The notes under the pieces were generated by a model. That model worked only from the letters and a program-made list of their open reading frames with translations, was not told where the DNA came from and made no database searches. A DNA stretch of 64,000 nt from an uncultured candidatus Porisulfidus sp. (GTDB lineage: Bacteria > Pseudomonadota > Gammaproteobacteria > Poriferisulfidales > Poriferisulfidaceae): contig OZ220480.1 in the NCBI GenBank assembly GCA_965116025.1, positions 1,120,001-1,184,000 on the forward strand, in the 5' to 3' direction. Shown here piece by piece: positions 62,441-64,000 of the stretch (position 1 is its first letter; the number at the start of each line of letters is the position of its first letter). The position numbers and the translations under genes are program-made.

Positions 62441-63614
62441 GAAGGTCGCGCAGGCGCGAGACGCCTTCCTCAAGGGTCGGCATGCCGGTGGCGAACGAGA
62501 CCCGGACGTGGCCGGGCGCGCCGAACGGGAGTCCGGGCACCACGGCGAGACGCGCCCGGTCGAGCAGCAGGGTGGCGAACGCGATGTCCGTGGGGCAGTC
62601 CAGCCGGCGCATGGCCTCGCGGACGTTCGGCAGGCAGTAGAACGCGCCATCGGGCTTGAGGCAGTGGACGCCAGGCAGCTCGTTGAGCGCCGCCACGACG
62701 TAGTCGCGCCGGCGCTCGAAGGCGGTCACCATCTCGGGCACCGAGGACTGGTCTTCCAGCAAGGCGGCGCGGGCGGCGGCCTGGGCGATCGAGCAAGGGT
62801 TGGACGTGCTCTGCGACTGGACCGTGAGCATGGCGTCGATCAGGCTCGCCGGTCCGGCCGCGTAGCCGATCCGCCAGCCGGTCATGGCGTAGGCCTTGGA
62901 GACGCCGTTGACGATCAGGATGCGGTCGGCCAGATCCGGCGCGACCTGCGCCAGATTGTGGAATGGCGCGCCGTCGAACCGGATCAGTTCGTAAATGTCG
63001 TCGGACGCCACGAGCACGCGCGGGTGGGCGCGCAGCGCCTGGGCGATTCCCTCAAGGTCCTCCCGGCGCAGCATGACGCCGCAAGGGTTCGAGGGGCTGT
63101 TGAGAATCAGCAGTTTCGAGCGCGCGGTGACCGCCCGGTCCAGTTGCTCGGCGCTGGGTCGGAAGTTTCGCTCCAGGGTCGTCTCCAGAAACACCGGCTC
63201 GCCGCCCGCCAGCCGCACCATGTCGGGGTACGAGGCCCAGTACGGGGTCGGGATGATCACCTCGTCGCCGGGATCGATCAGCGCCTGCAGGCAGTTGTAC
63301 AGGATCTGCTTCGCGCCCGCGCTGACCAGGATCCGCTGAGGCTCGAAAAGCAATCCGTTGTCGCGCTGGAACTTGTGCGCGATGGCCGCGCGCAAGGCGG
63401 GCGTGCCGCCGACCGCGGTGTAGCGGGTCTGTCCGTCCCGGATCGCCTGGACCGCCGCGGCGCGAACGTTCTCTGGCGTGCCGAAATCCGGTTCCCCGGC
63501 GCTCCAGTCGATGATTTCCTGCCCCGCCTCGCGCAGGCGGCGGGCGGTGGCGGAGACGGCCAGCGTCGCGGAGGGCTCGCAACGTCCGACCCGTTTCGAG
63601 AGGGCGTGTTCCAT
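62433..63614 (-). CDS. aspC: PLP-dependent class I (aspartate-type) aminotransferase
   Basis: AGEPDF, NSPSNPCG, SDDIYE, NGVSKAYAMTGWRIGY. Confidence 0.92.
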   Translation of the reverse strand: MEHALSKRVGRCEPSATLAVSATARRLREAGQEIIDWSAGEPDFGTPENVRAAAVQAIRDGQTRYTAVGGTPALRAAIAHKFQRDNGLLFEPQRILVSAGAKQILYNCLQALIDPGDEVIIPTPYWASYPDMVRLAGGEPVFLETTLERNFRPSAEQLDRAVTARSKLLILNSPSNPCGVMLRREDLEGIAQALRAHPRVLVASDDIYELIRFDGAPFHNLAQVAPDLADRILIVNGVSKAYAMTGWRIGYAAGPASLIDAMLTVQSQSTSNPCSIAQAAARAALLEDQSSVPEMVTAFERRRDYVVAALNELPGVHCLKPDGAFYCLPNVREAMRRLDCPTDIAFATLLLDRARLAVVPGLPFGAPGHVRVSFATGMPTLEEGVSRLRDLLA

Positions 63615-63713
63615 CGCGCGGGGTTTCGGTAGCGCGTTTCCGGTGGCGCGTAGTGTACCGCACCCGCGACTCGGTATACACTTATAAGGTTCCACTCTAC
63701 GGAGGCGATTCGA

Positions 63714-64000
63714 ATGCCATCCGCGTTTGACCTGCAGGCGGATTTCGATCCGGCGGGCGACCAGCCCGACGCCATCGCGGGCCTGGTCGCGGGCCTGGCC
63801 GACGGCCTCGGCCACCAGAGCCTGCTCGGCGTCACCGGCTCCGGCAAGACCTACACCATGGCCTGCGTCGTCGCCCAGGTCCAGCGCCCGACCATCGTGC
63901 TGGTCCACAACAAGACCTTGGCCGCGCAGCTGTATGGAGAGATGAAGGAGTTCTTCCCGAACAACGCGGTGGAGTACTTCGTGTCGTACTACGATTACTA
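63714..64000 (+). CDS. uvrB: Excinuclease ABC subunit B (partial, 5' end)
   Basis: Hand translation: [49 protein letters not shown]. Confidence 0.96.
   Translation, partial: MPSAFDLQADFDPAGDQPDAIAGLVAGLADGLGHQSLLGVTGSGKTYTMACVVAQVQRPTIVLVHNKTLAAQLYGEMKEFFPNNAVEYFVSYYDY

Overview
High-GC gammaproteobacterial chromosome segment. The FN3-repeat autotransporter, RTX protein and duplicated small coiled-coil genes suggest a host-associated, possibly sponge-symbiont, lineage (inference only). The housekeeping backbone is fxsA-hemH, priA, nadA, htpG, LPS core genes (GT9 heptosyltransferase, kdkA, waaA), tolC-rhodanese-pcm-thiC, rpmBG, desA, two glnK-amtB pairs, alr-dnaB-rplI-rpsR-rpsF, aspC and partial uvrB. 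Accessory modules: (i) a McrBC-derived coiled-coil defence operon resembling CoCoNuT type IV restriction systems, next to hipBA, at 1-8150; (ii) several decayed toxin/nuclease modules (IrrE-like protein with a broken HEXXH, frameshifted NotI-like endonuclease, truncated HEPN); (iii) an NsrR-box-controlled sNOR-like heme-copper nitric oxide reductase operon ending in a Cys-less DsrC/TusE homologue; (iv) a 1585-aa autotransporter with an in-frame 21-nt homopolymer; (v) an orphan Cas6 translationally coupled to a TauD-like dioxygenase and a small acidic protein, with no CRISPR array or other cas gene in the window. I saw no tRNA, rRNA, CRISPR array, integrase or transposase. All family calls come from motif recognition by eye, not database searches.
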